A DNA stretch of 64,000 nt. Source: a virus. The DNA is taken from IMG/VR virus record IMGVR_UViG_3300025598_002228, positions 5,029-69,028 of that record; one strand, written 5' to 3'. Of the stretch, positions 19,937-30,680 are shown in pieces (the stretch's first letter is position 1; each line of letters begins with the position of its first letter). A model generated the notes under the pieces. It was not told where the DNA came from and searched no databases. It worked only from the letters and a program-made list of their open reading frames with translations. The position numbers and the translations under genes were made by a program.

Positions 19937-22900
19937 TTATTGAGCTATTGCTGGTTGTGAAGATGAAGATGGTTTTGATAAAGCAAGATACGCTATAGCA
20001 CAAACTACTAATACACCTCCTATTCCTGCAATCAGAAGTGTAGTATTGCTTTTAGGGGTTGTATCTAATGCCGCCTGCTTTGTATTGTCCTGCTGAAATT
20101 GCTGTAAGGTTTGCCCCTGCAATTTATTCATCTGAATGTCCGATTGCCTTTGTGTAGAATCCCTTTGTGCTTGCTCAATTTGAGATGCTGTCCATCCACC
20201 ATCTACACAACGGCTTCTTACACGCTTGCAACTCCACTCCTCATTGCCTTCCAACTCGGCTTTAAGGCAACGCTTTCTATCCATTGCCCTTGCTGTTCTT
20301 CCGCACCAGTGAAACTTGGCTTCGAACCTTGCGGGATGTGCGCCTGTATCATCATTATACCATTTCATAACAAGTATTATTGTTTTAATTAATCTCCAAA
20401 TGCTCTGCCCGATATTTTTTGATGATGATGGGTATGCTTATGATGTGTACCACTATTATCATGCTCATATGCAATCGGCAACTTATCGAAATCTATCTCC
20501 TCTTTGTTTTGATAATAATTAAACCCGTCATCATGCAAAAATGCATCATCTGCATATTCACATAAGCCATCCGCATTAGATGCACCCTGCTTCATAGCAT
20601 CGCTTACTGTAGGTATTTTAGTAACGGCAGGTTTATATGCTGTTGCTGGATTTTGCCGTTGTATATTACTGCCACAAAAAATAAAAATGTTCGGATGCCT
20701 AACATCCTGTACATGATAAAGCTTCTTATTATTTATAAACACATAATACGCTTTATTTACCTTTAGCTTACGACCCTTTAAAAAAAAGCCCTTGCTATGT
20801 ATTTTACCGTCTGCTCCCATATAAAAAGCAGTTGTTTTTTTGGTAATCACTATTTCTTCAATGTGATTTACTTTGTCTTTATTTTGCTTTGCCTTTTCCA
20901 TTAATAGTGAATTTTAGTCGTTAGGGTATTTTGCGTTTAATGCGTCAACTGCCGATTGCCACTTAGGGTCTGCCAGAGATACCCAGTTGTTAGGGGCGGA
21001 TTTCTTAGCTGTATACCATATACCATCCTTTTTTTGATAATTGTATATAGTATCAAAATCCGTTCTCACTGGTGGTGTTACGGTTGTAGCTGATGTGTTA
21101 TCTGATGGGGTTTCAGTTGTTGGGGCATTGCTGCTATCATCTTGCACTGGCTTGTTATCACTTTTAGGTGATATAGGGGCTTTGGGTTGCGGTGTTTTTT
21201 TGCTACCCTTTACCACAAAATAAATGCCTACAGCAGCACTTACAGTGAGTACTCCTATTACCGAGCCAAGTATTATTTTTGTTTTATTGTCCATCCTTTA
21301 AATATTTAAGAAATTGGTAATACAATATCAGTGTTTATTTTACCTGCAAGAATATCATCATAATGCGATTTTTGCAGCTTCAAATCCCTATATTTTAAAA
21401 ATGCCGAGAAGCAAAACCTAAAAGCCTTACTACATATTGCTTTCAGTGTTTCCTCACCCATGCTACCATCGGTTACAAGATTTGTACCGAAGTTTGTATT
21501 AAGGGCTTTCTGAATATCCCAAACAAGCTTGTTTTTACTCCCCACTACAAGAGGAAAGCTACCAGCAGGTAAATGGTCGCCATAGTTTATAATATCATAT
21601 CGTACTTGCTCTGGTGTATCACCAACAATAGGAGCACCAGTAGTTGTATCGCCACCAGATGAAATATTATCTCCAGTAGATTGATTGGGCTGTTGATTAC
21701 CACTGCCGCCATTATTAGGGGCACTTCCACTTGTACTGGTTTTAATAGTTGATGATACTTTAGGCTTACGTGTAATAAAATAAATACCAACACCTACCCC
21801 AGTTGCCAAGAATAGCCCACCTAATGTATATACAACTATTGATTTTGCTTCCATCTATGTTAATTTACTTGTATAATTCAAAATATATTTCTGCAAATTG
21901 TCATTACTCATATTGTTTTTTAGATATGATAGCATATCTGTTTGATTATATTCATTATAAAATCTATCCGCAAGCTGAGATACTTCACATTTACTTGTTA
22001 AATTCTTAAATACACTTTCTAATGCAGTATAATCATTAAAGAATACCCCTATTGCTCCATGAACTTTATCCGCCTGACTTTTTAAAATTGCACCGTCTAT
22101 GATTCCACATGGAGTATTCTTATATGTATTTATATCGAATGCCGAACCTTTACCTAATGCATCGCTAACTGCATCATCATTTTGCTGAATAACATTAATT
22201 AGATAGTCAAAATTAGCCTGACGTTGTTTTTTATTATAAATAATAGGCGCAGCGATTCCGAAGGCAGTTGTAGCCACTAATCCTACTCCTAACAAAATAT
22301 AACCTATGTTACTGCCTTTCTTCATTATACTAACGCTGCTTTTGCTGCTGTGCCTGCTACTTTTCCCGCATCAGATGCACTTAATGTTATTATTCTTATC
22401 GCTAATCCACCAACCAATATAACAGCTATTCCAATCGCTGAATAAAATACTATTTTTGTTCCAGTGCCCATAGTATTGAAAAACCCACCAATATAACTTA
22501 CTGCGTTTGAGCCTGTCTGTTCTAAATTTTGCAAAAAGTTCTTAGATAGATTTAATCCAGTACCTTTTTCAACTTCTATTACATCTGCTGCACCATTTGT
22601 TCCTCTTTTTGCCCACCTTAACACAAATGCCTGTATAGCTGCACTTGTGCCATATACATTTACAAGTGCATTGTAAAATTGAATCCACTCATCCGATGTT
22701 GATTTCTCATTCGGCAATAATAATATCGGGTCTATACTGACTGACATGTTATCTCCTTCTAAATGCGCTGTTAGCCCTATATACACCTCCACCAAAAGCA
22801 CTTAACCTCAATTGTCTTGGCGGTGTTGTTCTTATTATAGGTGTTGTATTTGTTAATCCACTTAAACCCGATGTACCACTTGTACCTGTACCTGATGTAC

Positions 22901-25440
22901 CTGTACCTGATGTACCGCTCGTACCTGTATTACCGCCTACATTTATAAGCCCTGAATTACCGCCTGTTCCGCTCATTGGGGCTATACCAGCTCCTCCCAT
23001 TTGTGTTAATCCTGTATTACCTGATAAGTTGCCCAGATTAATCAACTGACTATTACTACCTGTATTAGGTACTGATGTACCAGAGGTTGTAGATGTTGAA
23101 GACCCGCCAGTTGGGGTCGTGGTCAATGGCGGTGGGGTTGAAATATTTGGCGAATAAACAGGTGCGGGATTTGTATTAGTTGAAGGAAACATGTTCGCAG
23201 TGGTTAGTAATGCAGGTGTCATTACTGCTGGAACCATCTCTACTGCGCCCTGCCCCATACTGCCACCTCCGCCTCCGCCAGAATTACTGTCGGCAGATTG
23301 GGCAGCAGCATCTTGTTGTGCTTTTAATGCTGCCGCATCCTGCTGTGCTTTAGTTGCTGTATTTTGCGCTAATGCAAGCTTATCCTCTAATGATTTCTTT
23401 GCAAGAGCATCAGCTTTCTTTTTGTTGCTATACCAAACATAACCTGCACCAGCAATAGCTATCGCAATCCCGCCTATTATATAAGGCATTTGCTTTTTAT
23501 TTATTTTCATATTAATTAGTTGTGGCTTTTGAAATTGCTTGAATATCGTTATTTACTTTCTGTGTTACCTGCTTTGCTTTATCTGCTCCGTATTTATCAA
23601 AAAATTCTTTTGTTGGCTGAGTTAAAATAGATAATGAACTCATCTGTTTTTTATCCATAGCAGAATATTTAGCTAATGCATTAAGATAATTCACAAAAAA
23701 TTCCTTTTCTATATCTGAATATTTAGATACTAAATCATTCAACATAGACTTAGCCTTTTCGGTATCTATTTTTTTGCCTTCTTTCGCCTTATCTGCTGCT
23801 ATTGCATCAATGTCGGCTGATATTACCGATGATATATCGCTGTTTGATGTTCCCGAAGCACTTGGAGTGTTTGAATTATTGGCATTCAAAACATTAGCCT
23901 GACTTTTATTCTTTTTATAAAAATACCAGCAGGTAGTGCCTATCACTATAACTGCACCAACACCGATTGCAATTTTAACATTGTTATTCATTATAGTTTC
24001 TTTTCTTTTTTAAGTTTATTGCTTGCTTTAACGATGGCATCAGTCCACTTTATACCACTTTTACCGCCGTTGTATATTTTCTTAGCTTCATGCGAAATCA
24101 TCGCCATTCTGCTTGTATTTTCTTTCTTGCTCATCTTATTTGTTTATCTTTTTGTCATAATAGGTATTTGCTTTTGTTAGTGCTTGTTGACCCAAAACCA
24201 TATCCGCATCAGATATGCCGAATTTAGCCCATACAGCATTAGCTTCGTCTTTTGTCTTTGGTGCAGCTTTTGCCATTGCTGTTTTTATATCAGGGTTAGA
24301 AGATACATAATTAAACTTATAAATAGCGATTACTTCTTGGTCGCTCAACGGGGCTACCGATTTAGTTAATTGGTCTAATGTAACTTTTGTCCCTTGTGTT
24401 ATGTTTTGATTGTAAATTGCATTTATCGCATCCGTTCTGTTAGTCGGAAATTGATTGCTATTTTGTGCTATTGATGCAGATTTATTATTTGTGCTGCTAA
24501 GACTGTCGCTTTTGGGTTTGACAAATATTTTGACCCCTATTTTACCAACTATTCCGAAAGCTAATGAACCGAGTGCGGCATAACCAACATATCCCCAAAA
24601 ATGCGACTTTTTTGTATGGGCATAATATAATCCCGCAAGCATTCCCACAGAAGATAAAATATCTGGTATAGGATTTGATTCTTTTGTTACCGTTTGATTC
24701 GTTCCATTATCGCTGAAATGTATTGATGGCTTTACCTCACTATAGGATTTCACCATATGGCTTGGTTTTAATTGAATAAAAAATGATGCATTATTAACTA
24801 ATTCATACGGTACAATTAAATAGTTAAAACCCTTGTAATTTACCGAATATAAACCCCATTTTTTATTAAAGGAATCAACATTATTAGTAAAAAAAACTTC
24901 TCCAGCTTTAATATTACTATTTACTTTTTTATTAGTCAGCGAATCAAATAGTCTTATGCCTTTATCTGCTACAAACTTTTGTGAACTCAATAAATAAACA
25001 CTATTTATATAATACTTTTTATTGTTATACAAAACAGGGTACACATCCCATGCAGTCCAGTAATCCCCGTTAATAACAAAAGAATCGCCAGATTTTATTT
25101 TTAAATTGGTCGCTGTAGGAGTACCTGTTGTATTTACCAATAAAGGTATATCCTGCTTTGCTGTTTGGTTCTTATTTAATACTGTTGACATATTTTTATT
25201 TTTGATTAATTAACCACCACAACCGCAATCTTCCGATACTTTTTGTGCTGCTTTCTTTGATTCAATTAATAGAGGCACTGATAATAGCAACATACCCGAA
25301 AGGCTATATCCAAGATAACAGCCTATGCAATCTTTGTTTTGGTATTTTGCAAGACCGATACCTGCAATAAGCCCCACCACTGGTAATGCCTTTGACCATG
25401 TTGGTGAATCGCTTATGTTAAGCATTAATTTATTTCCCAT
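19937..25440 (-). CDS. Run of small membrane-anchored putative virion proteins (19937, 20914, 21306, 21855, 22325, 22749, 23512, 24136, 25210) plus soluble 20389
   Basis: Each anchored ORF has an N- or C-terminal TM, mostly flanked by Lys/Arg; genes are tightly abutting. Confidence 0.65.
21306..21854 (-). CDS. TM-anchored peptidoglycan-binding domain protein
   Basis: LVVGSKNKLVWDIQKALN...LVTDGSMGEETLKAI matches the PG_binding_1 pattern. Confidence 0.65.
   Translation of the reverse strand: MEAKSIVVYTLGGLFLATGVGVGIYFITRKPKVSSTIKTSTSGSAPNNGGSGNQQPNQSTGDNISSGGDTTTGAPIVGDTPEQVRYDIINYGDHLPAGSFPLVVGSKNKLVWDIQKALNTNFGTNLVTDGSMGEETLKAICSKAFRFCFSAFLKYRDLKLQKSHYDDILAGKINTDIVLPIS
21855..22325 (-). CDS. 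TM-anchored annexin-repeat-like protein
   Basis: ADKVHGAIGVFFNDYTALESVFKNLTSKCEVSQLADRFYNEYNQTDMLSYLKNNMS resembles one annexin repeat. Confidence 0.5.
   Translation of the reverse strand: MKKGSNIGYILLGVGLVATTAFGIAAPIIYNKKQRQANFDYLINVIQQNDDAVSDALGKGSAFDINTYKNTPCGIIDGAILKSQADKVHGAIGVFFNDYTALESVFKNLTSKCEVSQLADRFYNEYNQTDMLSYLKNNMSNDNLQKYILNYTSKLT
22871..22929. repeat. Imperfect 15-bp tandem repeat encoding GTSGT
   Basis: tgtacctgtacctga units inside G/S/T-rich ORF 22749..23510. Confidence 0.6.
23991..24134 (-). CDS. Small basic protein (47 aa, not in track), possible DNA-binding core protein
   Basis: MSKKENTSRMAMISHEAKKIYNGGKSGIKWTDAIVKASNKLKKEKKL fills the gap between neighbours exactly. Confidence 0.6.
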   Translation of the reverse strand: MSKKENTSRMAMISHEAKKIYNGGKSGIKWTDAIVKASNKLKKEKKL

Positions 25441-26899
25441 GATGTTCGGTTTTTAATGTTCTTAATTTATGGTCTATCAATTCTGCGATTAGACCGTCTT
25501 TTTCTTTTTCGTTATTAATCTCCCCTTCTATGCTTTCAACTGGTATTCCTGTTATGCTATGGTATTCATGGGCTAATTCATTGTTAGTCATTCCCATGAT
25601 TTTTTTCTCATAATCTTCTATAACCTCTAATGAACCGCCTTTCTCATAATATAGTGCCCAATGGTCGAGTGCTGTATTGTATGACGGAATGCCACAATTA
25701 CCCACACCATAATCATCCGATTCAGGTGGTTTAAATGATTCTATTTCTAATGAGCCGCCCTCTTCTTTTCTACTTAATCCTGCCTCATTCAAAGCTATAG
25801 CTATTGCCTGTTTGTAATCAGTTACTTTATGACCATGACTTTTAAGTTTTCCGTGCTTAAATTCATGCATAACCTTAGCTACCTTTTTTCTTCCTGCTAA
25901 AGCAATATTGCCGCCTTCGGCATATTTATTTTGCTTTTCAAGAGATTTTGCTTTTTTATCTGCGGCTTCTTTGGTTGCGAAAACATCAACCGTTTGGGGT
26001 AAATAACCAGTAATTCTAACATAAACGGGATAACCTGTCTTTTCTTTTTTATTTTTTATTACAGTTATTGGCTCTTCACCAACTTCTACTTTATACCTAT
26101 CTGCAAATGCCCCGCCATGCTCTTTTATTTTAACACTTTCAGGAATAAGGGTGTATGGTGAACTAAAATACTCAATATCTCCTCCCAATTCAAGTTTAAC
26201 TTCTTTATGTGCAATAAATTTTATACCAGCGAAGCCACGCTCTCCATGAATAGTATATCCATCTATTTCTATCTCCCCTTTTGAATCTAATATCTCAAAA
26301 TCAGAATCTTTTATAGAGGGAAAATCTTGTTTTATATCGAAATATTTTGTGTCTCCAACATATGTTTTTTCGATTATTTCCTTCCCATCGTAAACCCATT
26401 CTTTGTAAAAGCCTTTCTTTGATATACCACCACCTTTACTAAGCTTTGTATGACTTACAAAGTAATCCATATAATGATAAACTGAATCAATCATAGCACC
26501 AGCGATTGACAATTCATGCTTCATCCATTCCTGAAATTCGATGTGCTCTTTCGCAAGTACATCAAGCATTTTACTTGCATATTTGTGTATATGCAAGCAC
26601 ATCATTTTAACTATTTCGCCATCATAATGCTCTTTAACAGACCCGCCATGCTCAAATTTATTCGGATATTCCGCCTCTAAAGCATGTTTAACGTTAGCGG
26701 TAGTTTGCTCAACTTTAGCCAGTTTTGATATTACCCACGCCTCTACTTCATCATTATCTTTAAGTAACTCACTTATTTTTAGTGAGTATTCTTGAAGCTT
26801 CATAATGTCCCCCTTAACCATGTCAAGCTCGGCATTATGCTTTATTTCAAGCGAACCGCCTTGTACATATTTTTTTGCATGATGGAATATATTAAACAT
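25430..26899 (-). CDS. Multi-module soluble protein with 8 xxGG motifs; includes a DUF6496-like module
   Basis: Two EAWV.SKL-type helical repeats; KVAKVMHEFKHGKL...QAIAIALNEAG module. Confidence 0.65.
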   Translation of the reverse strand: MFNIFHHAKKYVQGGSLEIKHNAELDMVKGDIMKLQEYSLKISELLKDNDEVEAWVISKLAKVEQTTANVKHALEAEYPNKFEHGGSVKEHYDGEIVKMMCLHIHKYASKMLDVLAKEHIEFQEWMKHELSIAGAMIDSVYHYMDYFVSHTKLSKGGGISKKGFYKEWVYDGKEIIEKTYVGDTKYFDIKQDFPSIKDSDFEILDSKGEIEIDGYTIHGERGFAGIKFIAHKEVKLELGGDIEYFSSPYTLIPESVKIKEHGGAFADRYKVEVGEEPITVIKNKKEKTGYPVYVRITGYLPQTVDVFATKEAADKKAKSLEKQNKYAEGGNIALAGRKKVAKVMHEFKHGKLKSHGHKVTDYKQAIAIALNEAGLSRKEEGGSLEIESFKPPESDDYGVGNCGIPSYNTALDHWALYYEKGGSLEVIEDYEKKIMGMTNNELAHEYHSITGIPVESIEGEINNEKEKDGLIAELIDHKLRTLKTEHHGK

Positions 26900-27620
26900 C
26901 TTTTTTTCTTTTTAAATGATAGACCAATAAACCGCCGCCTATAAATGTTATACTTAGTATTATTATACCTATACCTATGTTAACGTAACTTTTGCCAAAT
27001 TTAAGAGTTTCTATTGTGTATTGAGCCGAAATATCCTCAACTATTGACTTTCGATATTTATCCAATCTACTTAGCCAATTTGATACAGCATTAGGATTGG
27101 TTTTTACGCCGACAGTATTAATCCAATTTTTCCTACCGTCATATAATTGCTGATATATTTGGTCTTGTGGTAGCGAATTTATTTTTGATAATGTATCATT
27201 ACCGACAACGCCATCAACAGCTATAGAGGACGGAATAATTATATTATTAATACCTTGCTGCAATATTTTTACACCTTCTCCACCCGAATTTACGGTCAAA
27301 TCGTATAGGAGATTAGCGACATCTTGATTTTGTATGCTATCGCCCTTTATTAAATCCCAATAATTCTGCTTATATTTTTCTTTTACAAGTTCACCGAGAG
27401 AACCATCGGGGTCTGGTATATACGAGTTCCATGCGGGTATTCCATAGGTTGCCTTATATGCATCTATTTTAGCCCAGCCTGCCCAGTCGGGATTGTTATT
27501 TCGGGAGATACCCATATAGGTCTCTCCGCCCGAATCGCCAAATTTTGCTGCATCGGCTGCGGACAAATATCCACCCTCATTACTAAGCGTTTTTTGATAT
27601 GCAACACTAAAGTCAGCCAA
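26892..27620 (-). CDS. GH108 lysozyme with C-terminal TM anchor
   Basis: NEGGY, DSGGETYMGIS, DLTVNSG, VDGVVGNDTL, WLSRL; C-terminal hydrophobic helix. Confidence 0.85.
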   Translation of the reverse strand: MADFSVAYQKTLSNEGGYLSAADAAKFGDSGGETYMGISRNNNPDWAGWAKIDAYKATYGIPAWNSYIPDPDGSLGELVKEKYKQNYWDLIKGDSIQNQDVANLLYDLTVNSGGEGVKILQQGINNIIIPSSIAVDGVVGNDTLSKINSLPQDQIYQQLYDGRKNWINTVGVKTNPNAVSNWLSRLDKYRKSIVEDISAQYTIETLKFGKSYVNIGIGIIILSITFIGGGLLVYHLKRKKDV

Positions 27621-27623
27621 CCT

Positions 27624-28562
27624 TTATTTTTTATGCTTCTTATAAAAAAGTTTATACCCAGCATAGGCTATTATTGCAATACCTGCGGTAATAACAACAG
27701 GTTTAACCCATGTAGGTTGCGTAACTTCCCCTAATGCTTTTTTTTCTGCCACAGTTTTTAATGGCACTGGGTTTACGGTAGTACTCGTTGTAGATGCTGC
27801 TGCCTTTACTAAATCTGTCGGTTGAATTTGTTTTAATGCACTTATATCTGATTTATCGGCAGACTTAACTGCTTTAGTGGCAACATCTACATTATCATTT
27901 ACCGCAGTCTCTATACTATTTAATTCTGTACTCGCATCAGCTTGTGCCTCTTTAGGCAATTTACTTATTTCCGCTTTTGCAACTTGCACTTCATTCAAAA
28001 CATCATCATCGGCAGCATCGGCATCTGCTGAATGGTAACTTCCAGATGTGGCAGCTAAATTGTTAACTATACCGCCAATCTCTGGTATAGTTACTGTTTT
28101 ACCAGCAACACGCATAGTGCCAGATGTGGCAGCTACATTGTTAACTATATTAGAGAAATGATACGGGGAATTTTCATGTAAAAGTTCATGCAATGCCTCT
28201 AATAAAGTTATGTCCTTTTGCTTTGCAAGAGCAACAACTTTATCAAACGGTATATGATGCCTCTTAGCCTGTTTTAATGCAATATTTTTCAATAGCGTAT
28301 TTATAAATGCATTGGCATGGGGATGTATCTTTTTATTTTTCCTGCGCCTTTTTACATGTTCAGCAATAAACCGAGAAAGCATTATCTGCCTTGTGCTCGG
28401 ATTATATATAAGCCATGCTGGTAGTAATTGCTTAAATCTTTCTTGGCGTAACCTTTCAATTTGCTGTTTTTGTGTAAGTGGTGCAGATGCGCCAACTCCT
28501 TTTGTAAGTGTGCCTACTTCATTTACGATTGCGCCGATGTCATTATAATGTTGATGTCTCAT
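27624..28562 (-). CDS. C-terminally anchored putative virion protein, paralog A
   Basis: Aligns along its length with 28569..29381; internal IVNN.AATSG duplication. Confidence 0.7.
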   Translation of the reverse strand: MRHQHYNDIGAIVNEVGTLTKGVGASAPLTQKQQIERLRQERFKQLLPAWLIYNPSTRQIMLSRFIAEHVKRRRKNKKIHPHANAFINTLLKNIALKQAKRHHIPFDKVVALAKQKDITLLEALHELLHENSPYHFSNIVNNVAATSGTMRVAGKTVTIPEIGGIVNNLAATSGSYHSADADAADDDVLNEVQVAKAEISKLPKEAQADASTELNSIETAVNDNVDVATKAVKSADKSDISALKQIQPTDLVKAAASTTSTTVNPVPLKTVAEKKALGEVTQPTWVKPVVITAGIAIIAYAGYKLFYKKHKK

Positions 28563-28568
28563 TGTTTT

Positions 28569-29381
28569 TTATTTGATTTTTTTGTAAAATATTTTATATC
28601 CTGCATACGCTACAATCAATATACCAGCACCAATAACAGTAGGCTTAACCCATGCTGGCGTTGTTGATTCTCCAAGTGCCTTCTTTTCATCTACTGTCTT
28701 TAATGGTAAAGGCTTTGCTGTTGTATCTGGTGCTGTTGCTGCTACTTTTGCAATGTCGGTATTTTTAGCAGCAGATTGTGCTTGCGCTAAGTCAATTTTA
28801 TCTGCTGATTTAATTGCTTTGTTTGCTGTATCTAAGTTTGCCTTTGCTGCCGCTTGTATATCTGTAATTTCTGCTAAAGCATCTTTTTGTGCTTCTATCG
28901 GAAGATTACCTATATTCTTCTTTGCCTCAATTATTTCTAATTCAATATCGTCCGTATCAGTAGTTGCACCATCAGCATTGCTATGAACAGAAACATGATT
29001 TGAGCCTGAACCCACTGAATGTACAGTCGAAGCCACATGCTCTACCAAATTATTAAATGATGCTGGTGCTCCGCCGTGAATTATTTTAAGCACAGCTTGT
29101 AGCAAAGTTATATTCTCTTGCTGTGCTAATTCTTTTACTTTATCAATAGGTATTTTATGATGGTTGGCTATCCTCTTTGCTAAATTATTTACAAAGGTAT
29201 CAATAAATATTTCGGCAGCAGGATGTTTCTTTTTTTGCGAGCGTCTATTTTTTATCCTTTCTTCCGTAAATTTAGCAAGCATTATTGTTCTTGTCAAAGG
29301 ATTTAAAAGTAAGAAAGATTTAAAAAGCTCCCCGAAACGAATCCTTCTTAATTTTCTAAAAAAATTTGAAAATAATCCCAT
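28569..29381 (-). CDS. C-terminally anchored putative virion protein, paralog B
   Basis: Shared NP.TR.IML, HP.A..FI.T, PLKTV.EKKALGE, WVKP, YAGYK.FYKK. Confidence 0.7.
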   Translation of the reverse strand: MGLFSNFFRKLRRIRFGELFKSFLLLNPLTRTIMLAKFTEERIKNRRSQKKKHPAAEIFIDTFVNNLAKRIANHHKIPIDKVKELAQQENITLLQAVLKIIHGGAPASFNNLVEHVASTVHSVGSGSNHVSVHSNADGATTDTDDIELEIIEAKKNIGNLPIEAQKDALAEITDIQAAAKANLDTANKAIKSADKIDLAQAQSAAKNTDIAKVAATAPDTTAKPLPLKTVDEKKALGESTTPAWVKPTVIGAGILIVAYAGYKIFYKKIK

Positions 29382-29412
29382 GCTATTTTGTTTTAAGTTT
29401 ATTTAATCGTGT

Positions 29413-30680
29413 TTATTGTGGTGATTGAGATTGATTCCTTTTATAGATGACGAAGCCTATAACGCCAACAACTATAAGTCCACCTATGATTATAGGTACT
29501 ATGGGTAGTGAAGACTTTGTGGCAAGTGATTTCGTGTTTTGTGCACCCTGTCCGTTTGTGCTATTATCTTTAGGTAATGAGCCGCTTCCCGAATCAGAAG
29601 GATTTGCGCCTCCTTGCCCCGTTGCTGGCTGTGGAGCAGGTGATGTATTATCGGTACTCTGCATTAATATGTTAGCTTTATTAAAGCTTGCTTTGCTGTC
29701 TACTAACGCCTGCTTTAGCACCTTTAAAGCTTGGGAATATACACCTGAATTGTTTTTAATTGCATTGTCTATATCACTGGCAAACCAATCTTCATGCCAT
29801 CTATCGCTTGGTTTGGCTTTATGTAGATTGTTCCAATAAGTCCATACAACATTATCCTGTGCCTGAACTGCGGTGTTCAAATCCGCACCAGAATATTGGC
29901 TACTTAAAGTGTTTTGTGCAGCTAAATATCCATCTTTTACCCATTTTGGGTAAATAGATAGCGTTGTGTCAGCATTGATTACCATATTATATTTTGTTTT
30001 TTTTTACATAAAAAAATATGCCTGCTCCTATGGATATTAAGGCAACACCTACAACACCATAAAATACAGGTTTATTAAGACCCAATATCTTATTTTGAGG
30101 GTTTTCCACTTTAGTAAGCGTTATCCCTGATTTTTCTGGTGGTAGGGGTTTCCTGCCTTTTGCTTCTAATTCTGGACTGATTAAGCTCATATTATTTAGT
30201 TTTATCGTGAATTAATTTTTGAACTCTTTTTAGCATCAGCAATTCGCTATTTGATATGCCTTTTTGATGCTTTTTCTTTTCGATTACTTCTATTGCGATT
30301 TTTTTCTCAACCTCATCTACTTTATGTGATACTGCCTCTTTAGTATGAGTAATTGCTTCACCTATTTTATGCGTAGCCGTATTTATGGCTTCTTTAAAAC
30401 TCCCGCCCTTTTTAAATTCTCCAGCAGGTGTTGATTCCCAATTTTGTTGGCTTACGGGATTACCAAAATCCATTTCCTTTTGTAATTCCCCCATTTCGGT
30501 GGCATTATTTTCAGGCACATTCTCTGATATTTGTACATCAGGCTGTACTGGGGCTGGTGGTGGCACAACGGCACTATCTAATAGTGTCGGTGGCGTACTG
30601 TTTGATAAATCTGTAGTTACAGAATTTACGCTTGCGTCTTCGCCTAAAAATGCCTTCGCATGAGAAAATAGATGAAACAT
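29413..30680 (-). CDS. Three putative virion proteins (29413 and 29987 C-terminal TM; 30192 soluble with KKGG)
   Basis: ORF track; hydrophobic C-termini followed by basic residues. Confidence 0.6.

Noticed and set aside
22749-23510. Repeat array or collagen-like fibre
   Set aside because: Short GTSGT low-complexity coding repeat; no spacers and no Gly-X-Y period.
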